DNA of 64,000 nucleotides from assembly GCA_017624715.1 (NCBI GenBank), contig JAGAMN010000009.1, positions 23,182-87,181 of the forward strand. The letters are read 5' to 3'. Of this stretch, positions 47,697-57,047 are shown piece after piece; the stretch's first letter is position 1, and each line of letters opens with the position of its first letter. A program made the position numbers and the translations under genes. The notes under the pieces are model-generated. The model saw only the letters and a program-made list of their open reading frames with translations. It did no database searches and was not told the DNA's origin. Source of the DNA: Oscillospiraceae bacterium (GTDB taxonomy: Bacteria; Bacillota; Clostridia; Oscillospirales; Oscillospiraceae).

Positions 47697-49307
47697 TTAC
47701 TTCTGCTTTTTCTTGCGGACAATGATGATCACAGCGCAGACAGCACCAGCAGCCACTACTACACAGACAACAACGCCGATAATCAGGCCAACGGGTACTT
47801 CACTGGGCTCTTCGACTTCTGCAGGTCTACTGAACAGAGGAGCATCGACAATGGGTTCCTTCTCATACTCAACGGTGGGGTCATAGTTGCTGAAATCGGG
47901 CTTAGTAGCGTTAGGATCAGCCTTGAAAACGCTGGGGTTGAGCCATGCGGAGGCAGAAGATCCGTGAACCATAGTAGCGGAGATCACCACCAGGCGCAGG
48001 GTCTTGACGCCGGTAATATCAACATTAAACTCGCCGATATTAGACTTCACAATCACGGTAGAGTTAGCAATGTGCTTAAAAGTGCCATCACCGTATTCGG
48101 CGAAAACCTGGAAGTATACACCATTGGAAGCGGTATTGGTCAAGGCAACACAGGAATAGAAGGTATCGCACTGATACTCACCGTTGGGATCGGTATACTT
48201 AGAAACATCCAGGTTAATGTAAGTCTGTTCCTGCATGGGACGGGGATGGGTACCAAAACCCACCTTAAAAGGAACATTGGTACCAACAGTATAGCCAACA
48301 CCGGACTTCTTGAAGGGACCGTTGATGGACACGCCAAACTCATTAAAAGTAGTGGAGTCGGTATAATACTCATAGTTGGGAGTCTGACCGGTGGTATGGG
48401 CTATCTTATCGCTGGGGATCGTGTCCACCAGGCTGATAACGGGATTCAACCCGGCCATCCAGGCGCCGAAGGGACGGGTCTCACGATTGGTGTCGGACCA
48501 AACTACTTCAGCGAAGTTTTTGGTAGTGCTGTACTTCTTGGAGCCATCAGAATTATCGGGTTCAGGCAGCTTGGGGTTAGTGGGCTTTGTCGCAGAAGGA
48601 TCTGCTTTGAAAATGCTGGGGTACAGCCATGCGCAGGCAGAGCTGCTATTGTTCATGGTAGAAGTAATGACGACCAACTGCAGTTTCTTTACACCGGCAA
48701 TATTAACATTAAACTCGCCCAGGGTGGTAGATGTAATCACTTCGGAGTTTGCCAGCTGCTTATAATTGCCGTCACCGTAATCACCAAAGACCTGAAAGTA
48801 GACACCGGGGGAAGCAGTATTGGTTAAACCAACGCAGCTGTAGAAGGTGTCGAACTTAAACAGGCCATTGGGATCTGTATAGGCGGAGATGTCAATGGTG
48901 ATGTGTACAGGGGCCTGGTTGGCCTTGGGGTGCGTACCAAAGCCCTTATCTATGGTATGCGCATTACCAACCTTAAACTTCTCATCAGAGTGCTTATAAG
49001 GTCCGTTAATTGCCACACCGTACTGGTTGTTGGTTGTGGAATTCACGTAATAACGGTAGTCACCGCTGGAGAAACCGCTGGTGTACTTGATGCTGCCCTC
49101 GGACAGGATATTGACCAGGCTGTAAACCTCGTTACTGCCAGCCTTCCAGGTGCCATAGGGAATCAAATCGGTATTGCCGTTATCGGAAGTAACGGTCTCG
49201 TAGTTTTCGGTGGCCTCATACTGCTTTACTTCATCCGCATATACGGGGAAGGACAGCAGCAGCACAAGAGCCAGGGCAAATGCGAGGATTCTTGTTGCTT
49301 TTTCCAT
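47697..49307 (-). CDS. Membrane-anchored surface protein with two NPCBM/NEW2 (CBM51-like) repeats
   Basis: Signal peptide; two ~215-aa repeats each with GFGTHP, DTFYSCV, V(N/D)I(A/T)GVKxLxLVV; C-terminal TM + RKKQK. Confidence 0.8.
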   Translation of the reverse strand: MEKATRILAFALALVLLLSFPVYADEVKQYEATENYETVTSDNGNTDLIPYGTWKAGSNEVYSLVNILSEGSIKYTSGFSSGDYRYYVNSTTNNQYGVAINGPYKHSDEKFKVGNAHTIDKGFGTHPKANQAPVHITIDISAYTDPNGLFKFDTFYSCVGLTNTASPGVYFQVFGDYGDGNYKQLANSEVITSTTLGEFNVNIAGVKKLQLVVITSTMNNSSSACAWLYPSIFKADPSATKPTNPKLPEPDNSDGSKKYSTTKNFAEVVWSDTNRETRPFGAWMAGLNPVISLVDTIPSDKIAHTTGQTPNYEYYTDSTTFNEFGVSINGPFKKSGVGYTVGTNVPFKVGFGTHPRPMQEQTYINLDVSKYTDPNGEYQCDTFYSCVALTNTASNGVYFQVFAEYGDGTFKHIANSTVIVKSNIGEFNVDITGVKTLRLVVISATMVHGSSASAWLNPSVFKADPNATKPDFSNYDPTVEYEKEPIVDAPLFSRPAEVEEPSEVPVGLIIGVVVCVVVAAGAVCAVIIIVRKKKQK

Positions 49308-49353
49308 GTTGTTTTCTCCTTTAAGGGCATATCTGCCCAAGATTACAAGTAAT

Positions 49354-50946
49354 TTACCGGTCCACTCGCTCCCCTTCCTTACCGCTATAGGGCAAGGTAA
49401 AAGTGTAGTTCGGTCGCTTATGGTAATAGCATTCCGGGGGATTCTCCTTCAGCAAAAGCCGTCTTGCAATGCCAATGTGCTCAACTGACAGGTCTGCATC
49501 GTCGTCTAACTGTTTGACTGCCAGTTTCTCCCACAGGGACCACAGCAAGACCTTCGCATCCACCGCTTCGTAAAGATCCCAGCGGGCACCGTTCAGGCCG
49601 TGGTGGGCCATTTGGACGATATCACACTTAAGATAGTCCTTTGCGTAGCGCTGAATCAGCATTTCAGAGGGGGCTGTGCAGATATCACCCAGCCACAAAG
49701 TGGCCTGTCCGCCATAGGTCATTTTGCAAACAAAAGAGGAATCATTAAAATAATGGAGTCTGTCCGGGAAGATGTCATCCACAGTATAGAGGATCTCGAA
49801 GTGGACGCCACCCAAGGTAAAGTCATCGCCGGTCTGCAGTGTAACAAGATCAAAGCCTCCGGCCCACTCAGACGCCTGGGCCAATCTGCCGTTGACCGTA
49901 TGAAACTCTGGATTTTTGGCATTGTAAGCAACCGTATTCGAACAGGGGCAAGCGCCGTAGGCCTTAATCGTGACCTTGTCGCCAAACGCCTTACAGAACC
50001 AGTAAAATACATTGAAATGGTCAGAATGCTCATGGGTCATATACCAAGCACTGATAACGATCTTTCCATCAGGGCGGGTGTTGAGTTCCTCCAACAGTGT
50101 GTAAAGGCGAACATAGTCGTAAGTCTTGGGATAGCCGTTGATCACACGAACATGACCGCCGTCAAAAATGACAAAGCTGCCATCCTCCAGGGTGATGATG
50201 TAGCACATACCAAAGCTGCCGCCGTCGTAGTCCAGCATCATCTGAGTCATATTCACTTGGGCGATTATTTCTGTACTGTTATAGCTGCCAAATGTGTCAA
50301 AGAACTTATTGTTCTGCAGGCTGCCGCTGATCAGGCGCACACGGTTTTCCGAGGGAGAATAGCTGACAGACAGAAAGGCTCCATCCTTAATCCAACGCGT
50401 GAAGCGGTTATCGCAGATGGTGTTTTCAAAGGTCTTCTGATAGCCCTTTTCTGCAAGTGCGCTCAAATATGTATCGAAGGTTTGAAGGTCGGACTCATAG
50501 ACAAATTCTACATTGTCAAAGCAGCAATCTGTCATGCCTAAATACAGTCCCGGGTAAGCGGGTATATCGGTAATCCATTGCTGGCACATACCACGGTAAT
50601 CATAGCCATCTGTAATGTCCACGGGGTTTTGCTCCAAGAGAACATTACAAGCCATAATAACGGAAGCTACGCAATGACCGGAAACCAGGATCTTATTACC
50701 GATGCGGCAGACGCCGTATTGATTTTTCATCAACTTGCCAAGGTAGATATTCATTTCCGGGCGATCCACGAAACCGATGAGCACTTCCCTATCGTTGTGC
50801 TCAAGATCACTAACCACCTGCGCCTCGCCCAACCGCTGGGCGATCTTTTGCGCGCAAGCGTATTCGGGATCAACACCGCCATTGGCAAAGCCCTGCTTTT
50901 CGGTGCAGGCGATCTTGTGCGAGTAGACAACATTCCAGCTTTCCAT
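49354..50946 (-). CDS. MBL-fold hydrolase, paralog of 45522..47645 without signal peptide
   Basis: GMCYIITLEDGSF, THEHSDH, FNDSS, LGD, AHHG. Confidence 0.85.
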   Translation of the reverse strand: MESWNVVYSHKIACTEKQGFANGGVDPEYACAQKIAQRLGEAQVVSDLEHNDREVLIGFVDRPEMNIYLGKLMKNQYGVCRIGNKILVSGHCVASVIMACNVLLEQNPVDITDGYDYRGMCQQWITDIPAYPGLYLGMTDCCFDNVEFVYESDLQTFDTYLSALAEKGYQKTFENTICDNRFTRWIKDGAFLSVSYSPSENRVRLISGSLQNNKFFDTFGSYNSTEIIAQVNMTQMMLDYDGGSFGMCYIITLEDGSFVIFDGGHVRVINGYPKTYDYVRLYTLLEELNTRPDGKIVISAWYMTHEHSDHFNVFYWFCKAFGDKVTIKAYGACPCSNTVAYNAKNPEFHTVNGRLAQASEWAGGFDLVTLQTGDDFTLGGVHFEILYTVDDIFPDRLHYFNDSSFVCKMTYGGQATLWLGDICTAPSEMLIQRYAKDYLKCDIVQMAHHGLNGARWDLYEAVDAKVLLWSLWEKLAVKQLDDDADLSVEHIGIARRLLLKENPPECYYHKRPNYTFTLPYSGKEGERVDR

Positions 50947-50950
50947 AGTA

Positions 50951-52051
50951 TCAGACCTTTCTGAAATTGCTGCTGTCAGCGATGATCTGCTCCAGAATCT
51001 TCTGGATCTGAGCAGCCATAATCATGTAACCATAGTCATTGGGGTGGATGCCATCCAGGATGCAATCATCGCCACCAAATTCCTTAACATATTCCGTGCC
51101 GTCAATCAGCCATACATTCTTATCCCCTGCAGCAATGGCATTGTTATAGGTCTGATAGACAATATCACGGAAGGGTTTATGCTTTGCATTTCTGGAAGGG
51201 ATGCTGGGCCGGGTCAACATGATAATAGGCAGGTTCGGCTGCTTTTCCCGAATGATACGGAAGAACGGCTCGTGGGTTGCCTGCAAATGCTCCGGTGTAG
51301 GAGCATTCTCATCGTAATCATAGATAAAAGCGGACATGTCCAGACCGGCGATATATTCAGCCATGGCACTCTCGCCCTTACACTGACCGGAGAAACCCAA
51401 ATTGTGGATATTAAGATTCAACCGACGTGAGAGAATATTGGAATATACCATGCCGGGACGGGATGTGCCGGTGCCCTGGGTAATGGAAGAGCCGTAGCAA
51501 ACCACGGGAATATCGTTGATGTGCGGTTTGCCGGGGCCAAGTGATGAACCCGGTCGAATGCCGATATACAGATTCTTAACGCTGGCATGAACGGGATAGT
51601 TGATTGTGAGATTTCTCTTCTTACGGTCCGAGAAACGGACGATGGATTCGAAGCCCTCCGTTACACCCACAGGAGGAATAAAGACACCGTGCAGAATTGC
51701 ACCATCGTCGGTATCCTCGTACAAGTCAAAGCCGCCTGCCTCAATGTCCGTAAAGTGAGGTCTGCGGGTAAGCCAGCAGTTTTCCACTCGGATCGCGACA
51801 AAGTCAGAGTCAGTAGAAAAACGGACCTTTGCGCCGGCGGGCTCGTAGCTCTGAACAGCGACACCGTCGCTTATAGATTTTGCGATTGTATAGGGCATCC
51901 GCTCGTAACGATCCTTCGCCATATCTTTGGGTTCAAAAAGGCCAAAAATCTGGAAAGGTTCACGTCGAGCCTCAAACATGTCCACCTTTTCGTTCCCAAT
52001 GGACGCATTGACAACAACATTCTTGTCATATTCCTGATATGTAATATTCAT
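50951..52051 (-). CDS. SGNH/GDSL hydrolase with N-terminal GxDLY domain
   Basis: GFDLY, YGSSITQG, NLGFSG, DGIHPND. Confidence 0.9.
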   Translation of the reverse strand: MNITYQEYDKNVVVNASIGNEKVDMFEARREPFQIFGLFEPKDMAKDRYERMPYTIAKSISDGVAVQSYEPAGAKVRFSTDSDFVAIRVENCWLTRRPHFTDIEAGGFDLYEDTDDGAILHGVFIPPVGVTEGFESIVRFSDRKKRNLTINYPVHASVKNLYIGIRPGSSLGPGKPHINDIPVVCYGSSITQGTGTSRPGMVYSNILSRRLNLNIHNLGFSGQCKGESAMAEYIAGLDMSAFIYDYDENAPTPEHLQATHEPFFRIIREKQPNLPIIMLTRPSIPSRNAKHKPFRDIVYQTYNNAIAAGDKNVWLIDGTEYVKEFGGDDCILDGIHPNDYGYMIMAAQIQKILEQIIADSSNFRKV

Positions 52052-52227
52052 GCGGAATCACTCCATTTGCCACATTTTACCTTACATAATATACACCACC
52101 GATATCAAAAAGTCAATAAATATTAAGCTAACAAGCTGGAAGTCTTAGCAGGACGAGGCTTGACAGTTTTATCCCTTTCCAGTATAATTTTGTTATTAAT
52201 TAGCACGTATTTGGGAGGATTTTGGAT

Positions 52228-53178
52228 ATGGATAATATTGCCGTTCTCATTCCCTGCTATAATGAAAGTAAAACAATTGAAAAAGTTGTAACAGACTGGA
52301 AAACGGCACTGCCAGAGGCCGTTATTTATGTATACGATAACAACTCTTCTGATGATACTGCCAAAATCGCAAAGGCTGCCGGCGCTGTCGTTCGCCCGGA
52401 GTACCAACAGGGCAAGGGCAACGTAATCCGCCGGATGTTCCGTGAGATCGACGCACAGGTTTATTTGATGGTTGACGGTGATGACACATACCCAGCTGAC
52501 CGTGCCCGTGAGATGGTGAATTTGGTTCTGGAGCGGCAGGCTGACATGGTCGTAGGCGACCGTCTGTCTTCCACCTACTTTACTGAGAACAAACGACGCT
52601 TCCACAATTTCGGAAACAGCTTGGTTCGGTTTGGTATCAATACCTTATTTAAGTCCAATGTTAAGGACATTATGACCGGCTGCCGCGCGTTTAGTTATGA
52701 GTTTGTCAAGACTTTCCCTGTCCTGTCTGCCGGTTTTGAAATTGAAACCGAAATGACCATCCATGCCCTGGACAAGAATATGAAGATCGACAATGTAGTT
52801 ATTGAATATCGGGACAGACCCGAGGGCAGTGAATCCAAACTGAATACGATTTCTGACGGTGTTAAGGTGATCAAGACGATTTTCCGACTGCACCGAAATT
52901 ACAAGCCTGCTTCTTTCTTCGGTCTTATTGCTTTAGCATTGGTGATGCTATCTGCCGTTTTCTTTATTCCGGTTCTGATCACCTATATCAACACCGGTCT
53001 GGTGCCCAACTTTCCCACCCTGATCGTTTGCGGATTTACTGCCATAGCGGCACTGCTGTCTTTCTTTACAGGTCTGCAATTGCAGAATGCAGTACAGAAA
53101 AACAAGCAGGATTTTGAACTGCAGCGGATACAGGCCAACAGACAACTGCGGCAGATGCTGACCCGACGGGAGGATTGA
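52228..53178 (+). CDS. GT2 polyprenyl-phosphate glycosyltransferase (GtrB/DPM1-like)
   Basis: IPCYNE, DNNSSD, GKG, VDGDDTY, FEIETE, YRDRPEGSESK; two C-terminal TMs. Confidence 0.9.
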   Translation: MDNIAVLIPCYNESKTIEKVVTDWKTALPEAVIYVYDNNSSDDTAKIAKAAGAVVRPEYQQGKGNVIRRMFREIDAQVYLMVDGDDTYPADRAREMVNLVLERQADMVVGDRLSSTYFTENKRRFHNFGNSLVRFGINTLFKSNVKDIMTGCRAFSYEFVKTFPVLSAGFEIETEMTIHALDKNMKIDNVVIEYRDRPEGSESKLNTISDGVKVIKTIFRLHRNYKPASFFGLIALALVMLSAVFFIPVLITYINTGLVPNFPTLIVCGFTAIAALLSFFTGLQLQNAVQKNKQDFELQRIQANRQLRQMLTRRED

Positions 53179-53181
53179 TCC

Positions 53182-54801
53182 ATGAAACCCACAAAACCTG
53201 TGTATAAGAAATTCAACTGGAAAGAGCAGCTTATGCAGCCGGCTTGGTTCTATGCTCTGTGGCTGGTTGCTATGAGCATTATATATGCATTCTACCGCAC
53301 CGAGGAATGGGGTGCTCTGGCCCTGCTTGGCGGATTAGCCGGCTTATTCCTATACTTCTTCCGCCCAAGCTCCAAGTTTCACCGTTTTACATTAACGGAT
53401 TCTTTTAAGAAGAAGACATTGGCAACGATTTTAGTAATCGTACTAACCATCAGTATCTGTATACTGCCGATGAATGACTTTGATTTATGGAACGGTCAAA
53501 ATCCCGGACACAGAAATCAGTATGAACTGATGGCCGAAAATTTGCTTAATGGTAGGTTGCATTTCGCCTACGGCGATGAGTACACCCTGGAGGGTCTGGA
53601 AAATCCTTATGATCCGGCAGAGCGAAAAGAGGCCGGTATATACTACCATTGGGATCACGCATACTATAACGGACAGTACTATATGTACTTTGGCATCGTG
53701 CCGGTTTTGATCACATTCCTTCCCTACCGAGTGATCACCGGTGAGGCGCTGACCACATACCGGGCGACCCAGGTGTATACCGCAGTATTTATCCTGGGAA
53801 TCTTTGCCCTGTTCCATCTGCTGACAAGCTTGTTCTTTAAAAAACTTCCGTATAGTGTTTATTTGGCTCTTTCTGCAGCAATTTCTGTAATGAGCGTTTG
53901 GTACGCATCTGCCGAGCCTGCGCTTTACTGCACCGCAATTACAGCAGCATTGGCTTTGGAAATCTGGAGCATATATTTCTTCGTCAAAGCCGTATGGGAC
54001 GCCAAAGAGGAAAATAAGCAAATCCTGTATGCAACAGTAGGCGCGATTTTGGGTGCCTTGGTCTTCGGCTGCCGTCCTTCTATTGCCCTTGCCAACATCG
54101 TCGTGATTCCCATGTTGATTGTATACCTCAAGAAGAATCAGCTGACCGCTCCATTGCTTGGCAAATTGATCTTGGCAGCAGTCCCCTACCTTGTTGTAGG
54201 TCTGGCGCTTATGTGCTACAACTATGTTCGATTTGATGATCCTTTCGAATTTGGGCAAGCTTATCAGCTGACAGTAGCTGATCAGACCGGTTACAAATTC
54301 GAACTGACCATGCCGATTCTTGTTAAGATTGCAAACGGCATATCCAAGATGCTGTTCGGCCAGACAATCCAATCAGTGAATTTCCCTTATCCGAACCACG
54401 GCGGTGCTTTCTTTAACTTCCCCATTTTGCTACTGTGCAATTTCGCGTTTGCTAAACCGGCGAGGAAACTGATTCAGGAGCACAAGCTCACTCCCCTGCT
54501 GATTGGTTTGATCGTCAGCGTCATAATCATCATTGGTATCGACGTAATGTGGACACCCTACATTCTAAATCGATACTACATGGACATCTACTTCCTGCTG
54601 GGTATTTTGGTTTTCATTTGCATCGGTGCATGGTATGAATCAGGTAGCCCCAAGCTCCAGAGATGGTTAAATACAGTACTGTTTGGTTTTGCCGCTCTTA
54701 CCGTTCTTTGCAGCTTCCTGTTTTTTGTGGAAACACTGGGTTCTTACTATCCCGGAAAAGTCACTGAACTGAAAAACATCTTTGAATTCTGGAAAAAGTA
54801 A
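53182..54801 (+). CDS. Polytopic membrane protein, probable GT-C glycosyltransferase
   Basis: Many TM helices; LENPYDP..WDHAYYNGQYYMYFG loop, CRP, YNYVRF..EFG, RYYMD; 3 bp after GT2. Confidence 0.65.
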   Translation: MKPTKPVYKKFNWKEQLMQPAWFYALWLVAMSIIYAFYRTEEWGALALLGGLAGLFLYFFRPSSKFHRFTLTDSFKKKTLATILVIVLTISICILPMNDFDLWNGQNPGHRNQYELMAENLLNGRLHFAYGDEYTLEGLENPYDPAERKEAGIYYHWDHAYYNGQYYMYFGIVPVLITFLPYRVITGEALTTYRATQVYTAVFILGIFALFHLLTSLFFKKLPYSVYLALSAAISVMSVWYASAEPALYCTAITAALALEIWSIYFFVKAVWDAKEENKQILYATVGAILGALVFGCRPSIALANIVVIPMLIVYLKKNQLTAPLLGKLILAAVPYLVVGLALMCYNYVRFDDPFEFGQAYQLTVADQTGYKFELTMPILVKIANGISKMLFGQTIQSVNFPYPNHGGAFFNFPILLLCNFAFAKPARKLIQEHKLTPLLIGLIVSVIIIIGIDVMWTPYILNRYYMDIYFLLGILVFICIGAWYESGSPKLQRWLNTVLFGFAALTVLCSFLFFVETLGSYYPGKVTELKNIFEFWKK

Positions 54802-54802
54802 A

Positions 54803-54838
54803 AGTCAAAGCCCCCGACAAATATCGGGGGCTTTGACT
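54803..54838. terminator. Bidirectional terminator
   Basis: 15-bp IR agtcaaagcccccga/tcgggggctttgact. Confidence 0.85.
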
Positions 54839-54845
54839 ATGCGGA

Positions 54846-55817
54846 TTACTTTTCGTAGCAATCGAGATCAACGCGGAATGTGCAGGATTCGCCGGGCTGC
54901 AGGAACTGCAGCTTACCCTCACGGCGCATCACATCACGGCCGTCAGGATGGCAGTTGCCAGGCTCCAGGCCCAGGACATAATCCCGGTAGCCCATCATCT
55001 TCCACTCGGTAAAGTAGCCCAGGTTCTTAGCATCGTAACGCATAGCCAGGCCCTTGTTGATATCCGGGTTGTAGATGGAAGCAAAACCGTTTTCGCTGAA
55101 GCTGTGGAAATAGCACTGCTCCTCGAAATTAGCAGTGGGAGGCAGCATTTTGTGCCAGGTATCCAGGTCCTCAGCTGCGTGGTCATTGCGAGGAGTGACC
55201 TTTTCGGATGGGATCTCTACAACAGAGTTTTCAGACAGCAGAAGATAACCCATATTCATGTGGTACAGGATCATTACAGGAGAGGCAGCGTCGCCGCGGT
55301 TTTCCACAGTGTCTTCAATGGAGAACCTCGCGCTTGCCTTGCTGACGGTGATCAGACGGCTCATGTGCAGCTTGCGAGCGAAAATGCCACTGTCGTTGAT
55401 CTGCGCATGGATGTAGAGATTATCATCGTCCTCGGTCCACCAGATCCGCTCACAGGGAGTATTGCCGATGGTGCCGTGCAGGGGCAGCTCCTCGCCCTCA
55501 TCGGTGCAGGGAGAGCCAACGGCAGTCAGGCCACAGGTGGTCAGGAAACCGGCGGTGAAGCTCTTCAGAAAGCCTGCGCCGGGCTGGTCATAATAAGCAG
55601 GCGCTACATAACCATTGGGAGAGAAATAGCCGAAATTATCGCCCTTGAACACCAGGCGGGAAATATCGGCGCAACGGTCAGCGGAAACGGTCATTTCCAA
55701 ACCGGCAGCATTGCGAACCTGCAACAGGCGCATGCCGTCGCCCTTACCGCCTACCAGACGAACTTCTTCAATGCCGCACAGCTGGCTGGCGTGCCCGATA
55801 TAGGGATTGATCTTCAT
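54846..55817 (-). CDS. Aldose 1-epimerase family protein (DUF4432-like)
   Basis: GFLTTCGL, LHG, YHMNMG, LGLEPG. Confidence 0.85.
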   Translation of the reverse strand: MKINPYIGHASQLCGIEEVRLVGGKGDGMRLLQVRNAAGLEMTVSADRCADISRLVFKGDNFGYFSPNGYVAPAYYDQPGAGFLKSFTAGFLTTCGLTAVGSPCTDEGEELPLHGTIGNTPCERIWWTEDDDNLYIHAQINDSGIFARKLHMSRLITVSKASARFSIEDTVENRGDAASPVMILYHMNMGYLLLSENSVVEIPSEKVTPRNDHAAEDLDTWHKMLPPTANFEEQCYFHSFSENGFASIYNPDINKGLAMRYDAKNLGYFTEWKMMGYRDYVLGLEPGNCHPDGRDVMRREGKLQFLQPGESCTFRVDLDCYEK

Positions 55818-55829
55818 GTTTTACCCTCC

Positions 55830-57047
55830 TTAAATAACTGCACCAAGGCTGCTGTGCTTAATGAGGTCAGCCTTCTTGAGCAGATCGGATACGGTGCAAC
55901 CAGACAGAAGCATTTCGTAATAGTCTAGGATCAGCTGAGCCAAAGTATCCTCAGTATTCAGCTGAGCGATCTCAGCAAGGACCTTCCGGCCGGTGTCCAA
56001 GTTCTGCTCCAGGCCCTCGGTTTCATTGATGTAACGCTTCAAACCAGCGGCGGCGCCCACAGTGATGTAGGCGGGGGTGATACCCATATCCAGGGCGGTC
56101 AGAGAAGAGCCAATCAGGCGGTCAGCAGGGCTCAGCTTTCTGGCAGGATCGCCGCCAACGCGCTGGCAGGTATCCTTCAGCGCAGCATTGGTAAAGCGCT
56201 GCAGCAGGTCGGTAATGTGCAGCTGAAGGTCAAACAGGGATGCGCCATACTTCTTGCTCAGCGCCAGGGCGCTTTCCAGCATGGCATTTTGGACCAGAAT
56301 GCGGACTTCCGGCACATCGATGGCCTGGTAAATGTACTCAAGACCCAACAGGTCACCCAGGTAAGCGCAGGTGGCGTGGCCCATGTTATGGACATACAGC
56401 TTGCGCTTGATGTAGAAGTCGAAGGGATCGTAAGGCACCATGTTGGTGATTTCGGGGACTACGCCCTTGAAGGCGGCTTTGTCAACAGGCAGGAAACCAT
56501 AAGATTCCACACAAACCCGGAGAGGTTCACCGTCCTTCATTTCCTCGGTCTGGACGGGTACCATACGGCCGATGGAGGCTTCCACCAGGCCGACAGTTTC
56601 GTCGAACTTAGCACATTCCTCAGCGGTCAGCTGATCTTTCAGCATGCCTTCCAGGACCTTGTTGGCATCCATTAGATTTTCACAAATGATGATATTCAGG
56701 GGGCCCTTGTTCATTGCCCAGCGCTTACGCAGACCGGCAATGATGTTAGGAACGATGAACTTCAAAATCCGGGCACCGACGGCAGTTGCCATGATTTCGC
56801 AATTGGCGATTGCATCGGTAGCTGCTTCGGTGTCGTTACCGTTGACAGCTGTGACATTCTGGATCCAAACATCCTTATGGCCTTCGCTGGTAACATACCG
56901 AACAGGATACGTATGATTCTCCTGCAGGGCCTTTACAACAGGCTCTGCCACATCAATGAAGGTGACTTCAAAACCGGACTGGCTCAGCAGCGCTCCGATA
57001 AAGCCGCGGCCGATATTACCGCCGCCGTACATAATTGCTTTTTTCAT
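55830..57047 (-). CDS. Mannitol-1-phosphate 5-dehydrogenase family protein
   Basis: YGGGNIGRGF, ATAVG, CEN, RKLYVHNMGHA, RVGGDPARKL..DRL. Confidence 0.85.
   Translation of the reverse strand: MKKAIMYGGGNIGRGFIGALLSQSGFEVTFIDVAEPVVKALQENHTYPVRYVTSEGHKDVWIQNVTAVNGNDTEAATDAIANCEIMATAVGARILKFIVPNIIAGLRKRWAMNKGPLNIIICENLMDANKVLEGMLKDQLTAEECAKFDETVGLVEASIGRMVPVQTEEMKDGEPLRVCVESYGFLPVDKAAFKGVVPEITNMVPYDPFDFYIKRKLYVHNMGHATCAYLGDLLGLEYIYQAIDVPEVRILVQNAMLESALALSKKYGASLFDLQLHITDLLQRFTNAALKDTCQRVGGDPARKLSPADRLIGSSLTALDMGITPAYITVGAAAGLKRYINETEGLEQNLDTGRKVLAEIAQLNTEDTLAQLILDYYEMLLSGCTVSDLLKKADLIKHSSLGAVI

Noticed and set aside
45630-48827. 437-aa and 383-aa + strand ORFs
   Set aside because: Antisense to the MBL and NPCBM genes; no independent coding signals.
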